A stretch of DNA of 64,000 nt, taken from contig CAXXIN010000005.1 in assembly GCA_963665275.2 (NCBI GenBank), positions 96,001 to 160,000 of the forward strand, read 5' to 3'. Below are positions 18,049-27,415 of the stretch, piece after piece (within the stretch, counting starts at the first letter, position 1; every line of letters starts with the position of its first letter). This DNA is from Negativicutes bacterium (GTDB lineage: Bacteria > Bacillota > Negativicutes > UBA1444). Both the position numbers and the translations under genes were made by a program. The notes beneath the pieces were generated by a model. The model was not told the origin of the DNA, made no database searches, and saw only the letters and a program-made list of their open reading frames with translations.

Positions 18049-18395
18049 AGCTAATGATTCTTTTTGGCAGTGTGACGATGACGGTTGTTGCCAGCGCACT
18101 GCTCAAGATCGGTAGCCGAACCGTCAATTTTGACGGTGGCGCCTGGTCGATCGCTACAGGATATATGACTTCGCCCGGCATTCTCGCCGGCTTCTTTTCT
18201 TATGCGGTGGCTGCGTTGCTATGGGTGTATTGTCTGTCCGTGTTTGATCTTAGTTATGTCACCTTTGTGGCCAGTCTTCAGTATGTCTTGCTGCTGGCGG
18301 TATCGATCTTGGTGTTTCAGGAACAGATCAGCCTTTTGAAATGGGTGGGCTGCGCCTTTATCATGGTCGGCGTCATCTGTTGGCTGAAGGGATAG
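18045..18395 (+). CDS. Small DMT/EamA-type protein (ArnE/ArnF-like flippase)
   Basis: 116 aa, 4 TM segments, 'LSY', 'FQEQIS..KWVG...I..GV'. Confidence 0.75.
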   Translation: MKLMILFGSVTMTVVASALLKIGSRTVNFDGGAWSIATGYMTSPGILAGFFSYAVAALLWVYCLSVFDLSYVTFVASLQYVLLLAVSILVFQEQISLLKWVGCAFIMVGVICWLKG

Positions 18396-18402
18396 CCGGA
18401 AT

Positions 18403-19446
18403 ATGCTGCGCTTCGTTGCCTACTCTGAAGCCATGAGAGAGGAGTGGGATCGTTTCGCGTTGTCGCGCGGTACGGTATTCCATACGATTGGGTTTCGCCA
18501 GATCCTGCTCGATTCTTTTGGTTACCGGTGCGTCTACCATGCTGTGATCGATGATCATGACCGGATCTGTGGGCTGCTTCCAATGGTCGTCGGCCGCAAT
18601 CTGAAGTGGAACCGAGTTGGTGTTTCACTGCCATTCGTCAATCATCTGGATATCTGCGCAGACGGTGAAGCAGCTTACCGGACGATGCTGAACGCTATTC
18701 CGGGAATCAAAAATGACCTCGATCTGCAGACGGTCGAACTGCGTCTGAAAGCGCAAAATGTTGATCTCCCCGGTTGGCAAGCTCATTTGCAGAATTGTAC
18801 GTTCGAGTTGCCGCTGCTGGGGGATGAAATAGCGACGCTTGCACAGGCCTCCGCCAGCTGCCGCAATCATGTGCGCAAGACTTATAAAAACGCTTGGTTC
18901 GCAGTCTCTTTCGATCCCGGCCGGCTGCCTGAATTTTACAAGGTGTATGTCAAAAGAATGAAACAGTTGGGGTCGCCAGCACCGGCCCTCGAATTTTTCG
19001 CGAATTTTTTTCGTTGTATGCCCGACGAGACCACTTTGCTGACGGTGCTGGAACGGGATACGGATCGCGTTATCGGCGGAATGCTGTTGCTCGCGGATCC
19101 CAGCAATTCCAAGCTATATTACCCTTATGGCGCAAATTTGGTGGAATACAATCATCAATACCTGAATAATTTCATGTACTGGGAAGCGGTGCGTTTGGGT
19201 ATCCGGCAGGGCCTGCAGAGCTTAGACCTCGGTCGGTCGCCTGTTGGCTCTGGAACGTATCATTTCAAAATGCAATGGGGGGCAAAGCCGGCGCCGCTCC
19301 AATATTTATTTTATGGGAACAAAGAAGGCGCAGCTGGCCCCCCGGACCGTGAAAAGCTGAAGGTGTTCATCGAACTTTGGAAGGTTATGCCCGCTTTCGT
19401 CACGGACCGCATAGGGCAAACGCTGATTAAATATCTTATGCCATAA
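18403..19446 (+). CDS. FemAB-like GNAT-fold protein
   Basis: 'WDRF', 'SLPF', 'R..VRK', 'DLGRS..GSG...FK..WGA' motifs resemble the FemAB-related PEP-CTERM-associated family. Confidence 0.8.
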   Translation: MLRFVAYSEAMREEWDRFALSRGTVFHTIGFRQILLDSFGYRCVYHAVIDDHDRICGLLPMVVGRNLKWNRVGVSLPFVNHLDICADGEAAYRTMLNAIPGIKNDLDLQTVELRLKAQNVDLPGWQAHLQNCTFELPLLGDEIATLAQASASCRNHVRKTYKNAWFAVSFDPGRLPEFYKVYVKRMKQLGSPAPALEFFANFFRCMPDETTLLTVLERDTDRVIGGMLLLADPSNSKLYYPYGANLVEYNHQYLNNFMYWEAVRLGIRQGLQSLDLGRSPVGSGTYHFKMQWGAKPAPLQYLFYGNKEGAAGPPDREKLKVFIELWKVMPAFVTDRIGQTLIKYLMP

Positions 19447-19481
19447 AGACTGACAGGGAACAGCAACGGAGGTTATCAGAC

Positions 19482-20147
19482 ATGAGCGATTTCGACTGGA
19501 AACAGTATTTTGACCAAAAGGCCTCCCGGCATGGGGCTTCCGTCAAATCATCCGATTATTTTGACGACACGAGTTTTTTTGTACAGAGGGATCATATTCT
19601 GAACTGGCTCGGCGACCTGCAAGGGAGGACGATCCTCGATGCGGGCTGCGGCGTCGGCGCGTTCAGCGAACCGTGGGTCAGGCACAACACCGTGTATGGC
19701 GTGGATTTTTCCGAAAAAAGTCTGGCTTTCGCCGCCGACAGGGGACTGAAAACGCTGACAGGGGATCTGGGAGCCCTGCCCTTTGAGCGCGGGATGTTCG
19801 ACGTAGTCGTGTGTATTGGAGTGATCCAGCTAATAGAGGACTACGAGCCGGTGCTTGCCGAGCTGGCGCGGGTTACCAAACCGGGAGGAACTTTGTTGGT
19901 ACAGACGCTGCACCAAGGCTCCGTGCAGCGCAAACTGCTGGGATTGGTTGAACGCAGCAAAAAATTCGACCGGATGTATGCTATGGATGGATTGGAGCAG
20001 ACTTTTTCCCGCCTGGGTTTCGGAGCAATCGAGTTTTTGAAGCAATATCATCCGCTCGGGACTGTGACGCGCGGTTGTGAAGCCGGAGGCCTGACGGATT
20101 TGTTCTGTACCTCCTTTGCGATCAAGGGGACCAAGACCATTGAGTGA
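19482..20147 (+). CDS. Class I SAM-dependent methyltransferase
   Basis: 'ILDAGCGVG', 'LPF...FDVV', 'RVTKPGG'. Confidence 0.9.
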   Translation: MSDFDWKQYFDQKASRHGASVKSSDYFDDTSFFVQRDHILNWLGDLQGRTILDAGCGVGAFSEPWVRHNTVYGVDFSEKSLAFAADRGLKTLTGDLGALPFERGMFDVVVCIGVIQLIEDYEPVLAELARVTKPGGTLLVQTLHQGSVQRKLLGLVERSKKFDRMYAMDGLEQTFSRLGFGAIEFLKQYHPLGTVTRGCEAGGLTDLFCTSFAIKGTKTIE

Positions 20148-21006
20148 TTCGGGGCAATTCCGGCAGGCGGGAAACATCCTGACCTTCGATATTGAAGACT
20201 GGTATCATGCCAACTATGACGGCGTGAATTTGGACGCCTGCAGGGGAACTGCTTCCCATTTTCGGGCCAATATGGAGTTGGTGCTGCGACTATGCGAGGA
20301 GGCCGGATGCAAAGCAACCTTTTTTGTTTTAGGTTGCATCGGGGAAGAGTATCCCGACGTGGTCAGGGCAATTGCCTGTGCCGGGCACGAGGTCGCTTCG
20401 CACGGCTACAGCCATCAATTGGCTTATCAGCAGACATTCGATGAGTTCCGGGCTGATGTGGAAAAGTCCATCGAGATTCTGCAACCGCTCAGCGGCATGA
20501 TAGTGACCGGATATCGGGCGCCTTCGTGGTCGATCATTGAACGAAATCATCACTATTTGGAAGCTCTGGAATCCCTAGGGATGAAATATGATGCCAGCAT
20601 CTTTCCAGTCAAGACTTTTCTCTACGGGATTCCGAACGCTCCCACCGCCATCCACCGGCCCTGTGTAAACGGTCGTGAACTGGATCTGTACGAAGTTCCC
20701 ATGTCGGTGATGAACGTATGCGGCAAAAATGTCGGTTTTTCCGGCGGTTTTTATTTTCGCCTGTTTCCTCAATGGCTGATCAAACGAGCCATTCGTTCCG
20801 CCAACAGACAGGGGGACAGCGCCATCATCTATCTGCACCCGCGGGAACTCGACGCAACGGAACGCAGGCTGAGTTTGCCCAGGTTGGAGTCCTTCATCCA
20901 ATATTACAATGTTGGAAAAAACCAGACCAAACTGGAAAATGTTCTGCGCAGCTTCCGCTTCACATCGATAACGGAGAAATTGAACGAGCTGGAAAACGAA
21001 AGATGA
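20140..21006 (+). CDS. Polysaccharide deacetylase (CE4, DUF3473-type)
   Basis: TTG start. 'TFDIEDW', 'ATFF', 'HGYSH', 'GYRAPSWS', 'GGFYFRL', 'YLHPRE'. Confidence 0.9.
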   Translation: MSDSGQFRQAGNILTFDIEDWYHANYDGVNLDACRGTASHFRANMELVLRLCEEAGCKATFFVLGCIGEEYPDVVRAIACAGHEVASHGYSHQLAYQQTFDEFRADVEKSIEILQPLSGMIVTGYRAPSWSIIERNHHYLEALESLGMKYDASIFPVKTFLYGIPNAPTAIHRPCVNGRELDLYEVPMSVMNVCGKNVGFSGGFYFRLFPQWLIKRAIRSANRQGDSAIIYLHPRELDATERRLSLPRLESFIQYYNVGKNQTKLENVLRSFRFTSITEKLNELENER

Positions 21007-21078
21007 ACCTGTGGCAAATCCTGAAAAATCCGAGTCCGATGCTGTGTTGCAGGAAAAAGGGAAAGCAGGTGAGGACGC

Positions 21079-21849
21079 ATGAAAATGCCGGTCGTATTTG
21101 TTGGGCATGGATCGCCGATGAATATTATTGCGGATAACCACTACACCCGAAGTCTTCGTGAACTTGGCAGAACGTTGCCCAAGCCGGCAGCGGTTTTGGT
21201 AGTATCTGCACACTGGCAGACTAGAAAAACCCAGATAACCAGTGCGCTAAAACCCCAAACAATTTATGATTTTTACGGATTCCCGAAAGAACTATACCAG
21301 GTCAGGTATGAGTGTCCCGGATCGCCGGAAAAGGCGGCGCTGGTTGAGAATATAACACAGCAGAAAGCCCTCGTGAATGACCAGCGAGGCATCGACCATG
21401 CGGCCTGGGCGGTATTGCTCCATATGTATCCGGCGGCTTATATTCCGGTCATGGAAATGAGTCTGGACGTGGAACGCTCACCTGCCGAGCATTATGAACT
21501 GGGCAAACAACTGTCGGCGCTTCGGGATGAGGGGATTCTCATCATGGGAAGCGGCAATCTGGTACACAATTTGGCGCAAGTCAACTTTGACCAAGCGGAG
21601 GGCGGAGAATACGATTGGGCGGTGGAGTTCGACCGACTCACGGAAGAACTGTTGGTGAGGCGGGAGCATAAGCGATTGATTGAATATGAACAATTGCCTG
21701 GCGCCGGCCGGGCCATTCCCACCAACGAACACTATCTGCCCATGCTTTATTCCATAGCGCTGCAGGAAGAGCAAGAATCGTTGCGGTTTGTCTGCACAGA
21801 TATTCAGAATGGATCCATCGCCATGCGCAGTTTCGTCATTGGTGAATAA
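21079..21849 (+). CDS. ygiD: 4,5-DOPA extradiol dioxygenase (LigB family)
   Basis: 'HGSPMN', 'SAHW', 'DFYGFP', 'DH', 'GSGNLVHNL', 'EHYLP'. Confidence 0.88.
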   Translation: MKMPVVFVGHGSPMNIIADNHYTRSLRELGRTLPKPAAVLVVSAHWQTRKTQITSALKPQTIYDFYGFPKELYQVRYECPGSPEKAALVENITQQKALVNDQRGIDHAAWAVLLHMYPAAYIPVMEMSLDVERSPAEHYELGKQLSALRDEGILIMGSGNLVHNLAQVNFDQAEGGEYDWAVEFDRLTEELLVRREHKRLIEYEQLPGAGRAIPTNEHYLPMLYSIALQEEQESLRFVCTDIQNGSIAMRSFVIGE

Positions 21850-21870
21850 AAAACTGACGCCAATGTGGCT

Positions 21871-22485
21871 CTATTTCAGCAACAATTCAGTTCCCTCTTT
21901 TAATAGCAGGATGGCAAATAGGAATAACACCACTCCCATGATTTTCATCAGCCAGAGATAGGTCCTGCCCTGCAGAAAAGTTCGTGAACGACTCACGAGC
22001 ATCGCCAGCACAATTTTGGAACCGACCAGCGCAAGATAAAAACCCGTTACGAAGCATAACACTTCGTTCCAGCCTTGCGCCCGGGCATTCAGAATGATCG
22101 GACCGCCAACCATGATCCAGAACAGGTAGGGGTGCGGACTCAGGGCGTTGACAAGAGCGCCTTTGGTCAGTGACTGCGGCGACGTTGCGCCGACAGGCGT
22201 TCTGATATCCTTGCTTTTCATGCTGGCATACGCCATCTGCAACAAAAATAAGCCGCCGCCGATAGAGATGAGGCCTATCAGCGTTTGATAACCAGCCATA
22301 CCTGCCAACAGGAAGGCGGATAGAAAAATAATCGGTATATCTGTAATCAAGGGCGAAAGAGCGATCTTGACCCCCTCAGTCAGGCCATATCGAAGGGTTT
22401 GTGAAATGACCATCGCGAATAGCGGACCGGGAGATATTCCGGCGGACAAGCCAAGAGAGAGGCCCACGACTGCAAACACAAACAT
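21871..22485 (-). CDS. LysE family translocator
   Basis: 'AGISPGP' and 'NALSPHPYLFW' motifs, hydrophobic. Confidence 0.85.
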   Translation of the reverse strand: MFVFAVVGLSLGLSAGISPGPLFAMVISQTLRYGLTEGVKIALSPLITDIPIIFLSAFLLAGMAGYQTLIGLISIGGGLFLLQMAYASMKSKDIRTPVGATSPQSLTKGALVNALSPHPYLFWIMVGGPIILNARAQGWNEVLCFVTGFYLALVGSKIVLAMLVSRSRTFLQGRTYLWLMKIMGVVLFLFAILLLKEGTELLLK

Positions 22486-22492
22486 AGTGATT

Positions 22493-24679
22493 TTAAGCTC
22501 CGGTGATTTTTGGCGCCTGTTTCAGGCTGAGGGCGATACGGTTACGCGCCGCATCGACATTGAGAATGACGACTTCCACGATATCCCCGACTGATACGAT
22601 ATCCAGGGGATGACGGAACGGCTTGTTGCTGAGTTCAGAACGATGCAGCAGGCCGTTGATTTTTACGCCGATGTCGACGAAAGCTCCAAAGTCGGTTACG
22701 TTGTGCACGGTTCCCTTAACGACGGTGCCGGGAAGCAAGTCGTCGAGTTTGACGATGTTTTTGCGGGTCATCGGAGCGGGCAGGTCTTCGCGCGGATCGC
22801 GGCCCGGTTTGGCGAGCGCGTCCAGAATGTCGCGGACAGTCGGTTCGCCTGCGTTCAACTCGCGGGCCAGCAGGGCGGCATCCGCAGTCTTGAGTGTTTC
22901 CTGCAGCTCGGCCAGTCTTTCACGGGAGCTTAGGTCGCTCTTGGCGAACCCCAGCCGGGTGAGAATCGTTTCGGCCAGTTCGTAGGACTCGGGGTGGACA
23001 GGCGTGTTGTCGAGCGGATCTTTCGCATCTGCCACACGCAAGAAACCGGCGCACTGGACGAAGGCGGCCGGGCCGAGGCGGGGAATTTTCAACAGTTCTT
23101 TGCGACGGGTGAAGCGTCCGTTGGCATCCCGCCAGGCAACGATGTTTTTGGCGACCGGACCCTGGATCCCGGCAACATGGCGCAGCAGTTCGACAGAAGC
23201 GGTGTTGAGGTCGACGCCGACATGGTTGACGGCGGACTCCACTACCCCATCCAAAGCCTGCAATAAGGCTTTCTGATCGACATCGTGCTGGTATTGACCA
23301 ACGCCGATGGCTTTGGGCTCGATTTTGACAAGTTCGGCCAGCGGGTCCTGAACCCGTCGGGCGATGGACACGGCGCCGCGCAGCGATACATCGAGATCGG
23401 GCAATTCGTCCTTGGCCAGTTTGGAAGCTGAGTAAACGGATGCGCCCGCTTCGTTGGTAATGACGTAATGCATCGATAGGGAATGATCGCGGATCAATCC
23501 GGCGAGAAAAGCTTCTGTCTCATAGGAGGCTGTCCCGTTGCCGATGGCGGCCAATGTAACGCCATGTTTCTGAATGAGGTCCAGCATAAGTTTGGCGGAC
23601 GACTGGCGCTGCGATTCACTGTGGGTCAGGTAGAAGACGGTAGTGGCGAGTACGCTGCCCTGCGGGTTGACGATTGCAGCTTTGCAGCCGGTACGGTAAC
23701 CGGGGTCGAGGCCAAGAACGGTATGCCCGGCCAGCGGCGGGATAAGCAGGAGTTGGCGCAGATTCCGGCCAAACAGACTGATGGCCTGTTTTTCGGCGTT
23801 TTCGGTCAGCAGATTGCGGACTTCACGTTCCATGGAGGGGAAAAGCAAGCGCTTGCAACTGTCCTGCACAGCCTCGGTGAGATCGTCCTGCCACAGGGAG
23901 GGACGGGTGACGACCTGCCGGGTAACGAGGTCGGTCAGGCTATCCTGAGGGATTTCAAAATGAACCTTGAGGGCTTTTTTGGTTTCGCCTCGGTTGACGG
24001 CGAGAATTCGGTGGGAAGGCATATGGTTGACCGCCTCACGGTATTCCTTATACGTCAGAAAATCCGGCGCTTCGGCTTCAGATACGGCCAATCCCGTTGA
24101 GATGGCTGCTGTTTTCCAGGTCTCCCGCCGCATCAGCGTTCGCAAGTCAGCACGTTCGGCTATCGTTTCGGCCACGATGTCGCGGGCGCCGGCCAGAGCG
24201 GCTTCCGCATCATCTACGCCTAAATCTGTATTAATGAACTTGGCTGCGAGGGCAAAGCGATCGGCGTCCGTCGGATCGATCTGGAACAGCATCCGTTCAG
24301 CCAGCGGTTCGAGACCTTTTTCCCGGGCAATCTGCGCCCGGGTTCTTTTCTTCGGCCGGTACGGCAGATAGAGATCTTCGAGATCCTGCAGCTTTTGCGA
24401 TCCTTCGATTGCCGCTGTCAACTCAGGCGTTAATTTGCCCTGAGATTCGATGACGGCAAGTATCTCCTCCTGCCTTTTGGCGACGTTGCGGAGATAGAGC
24501 AGCCGTTCTTCGATCACGCGTATCTTGTCTTCATCCAGGTCGCCGGTGACCTCCTTGCGGTAACGGGCGATGAAAGGCATCGTATTACCTGCGTCGAGGA
24601 GCTCGATGGTCGCCTCTGCCTGGTTGGGACGAATGCTGAGTTCTCGGGCGATCATGACAGGAATTTCATTGATTTTCAT
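22493..24679 (-). CDS. tex: Tex RNA-binding transcriptional accessory protein
   Basis: 'PFIARYRKE', 'DLYLPY', 'DPGYRTGCK', 'EAGASVYSAS', C-terminal S1 domain. Confidence 0.95.
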   Translation of the reverse strand: MKINEIPVMIARELSIRPNQAEATIELLDAGNTMPFIARYRKEVTGDLDEDKIRVIEERLLYLRNVAKRQEEILAVIESQGKLTPELTAAIEGSQKLQDLEDLYLPYRPKKRTRAQIAREKGLEPLAERMLFQIDPTDADRFALAAKFINTDLGVDDAEAALAGARDIVAETIAERADLRTLMRRETWKTAAISTGLAVSEAEAPDFLTYKEYREAVNHMPSHRILAVNRGETKKALKVHFEIPQDSLTDLVTRQVVTRPSLWQDDLTEAVQDSCKRLLFPSMEREVRNLLTENAEKQAISLFGRNLRQLLLIPPLAGHTVLGLDPGYRTGCKAAIVNPQGSVLATTVFYLTHSESQRQSSAKLMLDLIQKHGVTLAAIGNGTASYETEAFLAGLIRDHSLSMHYVITNEAGASVYSASKLAKDELPDLDVSLRGAVSIARRVQDPLAELVKIEPKAIGVGQYQHDVDQKALLQALDGVVESAVNHVGVDLNTASVELLRHVAGIQGPVAKNIVAWRDANGRFTRRKELLKIPRLGPAAFVQCAGFLRVADAKDPLDNTPVHPESYELAETILTRLGFAKSDLSSRERLAELQETLKTADAALLARELNAGEPTVRDILDALAKPGRDPREDLPAPMTRKNIVKLDDLLPGTVVKGTVHNVTDFGAFVDIGVKINGLLHRSELSNKPFRHPLDIVSVGDIVEVVILNVDAARNRIALSLKQAPKITGA

Positions 24680-24707
24680 ACAGCACCTCTTGTTCTTTGC
24701 TTATTTC

Positions 24708-26222
24708 TTATATAATCGGGCGGCCTGCCGTTACAGGCGGAGGCGGAATGGCTTCCGAAACTGAGGATAGTGCACGGCCCAGGCGACGGATTCCTTCGGT
24801 CAGTCGATCCTCATCGTGGGTGGCGAAACAGAGCCGGATTTCGTGGCTGGACTGTCCCTGGGCATAAAAAGCATCGCCGGGAACAAAGGAAATTCCCAGT
24901 GCCGCTGAGCGCCGCAATAATTCGGCCGGCGAAACGGAAGACCCCATGCGTCCCCAGAGATAAAGGCCTCCTGCGGCAAGATCGAACTCCATCAGCGGGG
25001 CGCAATATTTTCGCAGAGCTGCGGCCATGGCGTTCCGACGTTTTTTATACTCGCGTCGTACCAGCGCCAGATGGCTGGGCAGTCTGTCTTCTTCCAGATA
25101 AGCATTTAGCATCATTTGCGCCAGGTTATTGCTGTGCAGATCCACATACTGCTTTTCCTGCGCCAATCGGTTGATGACAGGCGGAGCGGCGTGGACCCAA
25201 CCGGTTCGTAGCCCGGAGAACAGGATCTTCGAAAAGGTTCCGAGGTGGATAACTCCGCCATAGGTGTCGAGTTGTTTCAGAGACGGCGGGGGCGGCGAGT
25301 CATAGTAAAGCAGACTGTAGGGATCGTCCTCGATGATGGTGAGACGGTGGCGGGCGGCGAGACGGAGCAACTCCTGGCGTTCCGACAGTTCCATCACCCG
25401 TCCGGTTGGGTTTTGGAAGTCCGATACGGTGTAGAACAATTTGGGTCGATAGCGGACGAGATAATCCTCCAATATCTGCATGTCGATTTTCTTGCCGGGC
25501 GGCAGGCAAAGCAGTCGAGCGCCTGAGGCTTCGAGCAGCTGGATGGCGCCGAGGTAAGTGGGGGACTCTACAATAACATAATCCCGGGGTTCGATGAAAG
25601 ACTTGACAATGAGATATAAACCCTGTTGCGAGCCGGAGACAATCAAGAGCTGATCCGGCGAGGTTGTATTTCCCGAACGTGACTGCCAGGTAGACAGGGA
25701 ACGGCGCAGCGGCAGATACCCTTCGGTTGCTATCAGGCCAAGATCGGCTGGGTCGAACGAATGCCGTCCGGCGTTCAGCATCGGCTGCATCATTTCCAAC
25801 GGATAAAATGCGGGGTCGGTCATGCCGGCCGCCATGGAAATGGTATCGTCGGCGGTGGGCGAATCAATGAGCGAACGCATGATGGAAGAAAGCGGCGCTT
25901 TATAACCAGCAGTGAACAACTGGTCCCAAGGCATGGAAGGAGCCTGCGGGTTGTTCAGGGGGGCGTCGTTGTTGACAAAAGTGCCGCTGCCAACGCGGGT
26001 AGATACCAATCCGCGTTCTTCGAGCAGGCTATAAGTGTTAATGGCGGTGGTGCGGCTGACACTAAGCAGTCGGGCCAATTCTCGCTCAGGAGGGAGGCGG
26101 GTGCCTGTCGGCAAGGTGAAATCCTGGATTTTGGCGGCCAAAGCACTGGCGATCTGGAGGTATAGCGGCACAGACACTGCGGAACTCAGCCGGATGCCGC
26201 TTAGAATTTTGGTAATGTCCAT
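24708..26222 (-). CDS. MocR/GabR family PLP-dependent transcriptional regulator
   Basis: GntR wHTH 'LPPERELARLLSVSRTT' plus aminotransferase domain 'FQNPTG', 'EDDPY', 'TFSK'. Confidence 0.92.
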   Translation of the reverse strand: MDITKILSGIRLSSAVSVPLYLQIASALAAKIQDFTLPTGTRLPPERELARLLSVSRTTAINTYSLLEERGLVSTRVGSGTFVNNDAPLNNPQAPSMPWDQLFTAGYKAPLSSIMRSLIDSPTADDTISMAAGMTDPAFYPLEMMQPMLNAGRHSFDPADLGLIATEGYLPLRRSLSTWQSRSGNTTSPDQLLIVSGSQQGLYLIVKSFIEPRDYVIVESPTYLGAIQLLEASGARLLCLPPGKKIDMQILEDYLVRYRPKLFYTVSDFQNPTGRVMELSERQELLRLAARHRLTIIEDDPYSLLYYDSPPPPSLKQLDTYGGVIHLGTFSKILFSGLRTGWVHAAPPVINRLAQEKQYVDLHSNNLAQMMLNAYLEEDRLPSHLALVRREYKKRRNAMAAALRKYCAPLMEFDLAAGGLYLWGRMGSSVSPAELLRRSAALGISFVPGDAFYAQGQSSHEIRLCFATHDEDRLTEGIRRLGRALSSVSEAIPPPPVTAGRPII

Positions 26223-26391
26223 TTGAAGAAATATCCTCCAAAAACAAAATTGGTATCTTAAATTTATTATATTGGATATTCACAAGGGAATTCCTGCCGG
26301 ATAAGATAGAGGAAATCATAAAACTTCAGCGTGATTAGCTTGATCAATCTGAACGCTAAAATATTCGAGGAATGCAATTGAGGGGAAAGAG

Positions 26392-27096
26392 GTGGGGAAA
26401 ATGCGAATAGACAGTTTGGCGTTCCAAGCCGGAGTTCGCGACACACTGCCGCTGATGCTGGGAGTATTCCCGTTTGGACTGGCCTATGGAATTTTCGGAC
26501 AGTCGGTCGGGTTGACTTCTGGCGAGACTCTGCTGATGTCGCTGACTGTTTTTGCCGGAGCGGCCCAATTCATCAGTCTGCCGATGTTCGCCGCCGGATC
26601 CGGCTTGTTGATGATCACGTTGACGACTTTGCTCATTAATCTGCGGCATCTTTTGATGGGGGCGTCTCTTGTTTCCTATATGGAAAAATTGTCGATGCCA
26701 TGGAAAGCTTTTCTTTGTTTCGGTATGGCTGATGAAACCTATGCGGTGACCATCAGTCGGGCTCAGACTGCCGGCTACAGCCGCGACTATCATTTTGGCA
26801 GCAATGCCACAGGCTACATTACCTGGGCTGTTTCCACCGTTCTCGGCGTAATGCTGGGCAGCCATATCAGCAATCCTCTCGCCTGGGGGCTCGATTTTGC
26901 GATGCCGGCGACTTTCCTGGCGTTGCTCGTTCCCAGGTTGATCGACAGGACCAGTCTGGTAGTGTGCGGAGTGGCGGGGGTTGTCAGCGTGGCGGCTGCG
27001 GTGCTGATTCCTGGGAAATGGTACATCATTTTGGCCTGTTTGGCGGCTGTCGCGGCCGGTGCGTGGATGGAAGGGGGCGAGCCGGATGAGATCTGA
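26392..27096 (+). CDS. azlC: AzlC family branched-chain amino acid exporter
   Basis: 'FAGAAQF', 'INLRH', 'DETYA', 'GLDFA'. Confidence 0.9.
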   Translation: MGKMRIDSLAFQAGVRDTLPLMLGVFPFGLAYGIFGQSVGLTSGETLLMSLTVFAGAAQFISLPMFAAGSGLLMITLTTLLINLRHLLMGASLVSYMEKLSMPWKAFLCFGMADETYAVTISRAQTAGYSRDYHFGSNATGYITWAVSTVLGVMLGSHISNPLAWGLDFAMPATFLALLVPRLIDRTSLVVCGVAGVVSVAAAVLIPGKWYIILACLAAVAAGAWMEGGEPDEI

Positions 27097-27415
27097 AATC
27101 GTTCTCACGATTCTATGCATGGCTGCAGCGACCTATTTCACCCGATTTGCGAGTCCTTTGCTTTTGGGGCGAACGGGTGTGCCCCGTTGGTTGGCCCGAC
27201 TCCTGAAACATGTTCCAACGGCCATGCTGACAGCTTTGATTGCACCGGCATTATTGGCTCCCCAGGGATTCGTGGAGATCGGTCCGGCCAATCATTATCT
27301 GATCGCTGGCGGGGTGGCGGCATTGATGGCTTACCGTCGTCAACATCCGGCAGTAACAATGGGCTCGGGGATGGCAATGATGCTGATTTTACGTATGGGA
27401 GGGTTCGGATCATGA
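27086..27415 (+). CDS. azlD: AzlD domain protein
   Basis: 'TYFTRF', 'L..VP.A.L.AL'. Overlaps the azlC stop. Confidence 0.85.
   Translation: MRSEIVLTILCMAAATYFTRFASPLLLGRTGVPRWLARLLKHVPTAMLTALIAPALLAPQGFVEIGPANHYLIAGGVAALMAYRRQHPAVTMGSGMAMMLILRMGGFGS

Noticed and set aside
26248-26279. TTGGTAT/TTGGATA repeats as MocR binding sites
   Set aside because: Plausible, but too short and degenerate to support from this sequence alone.
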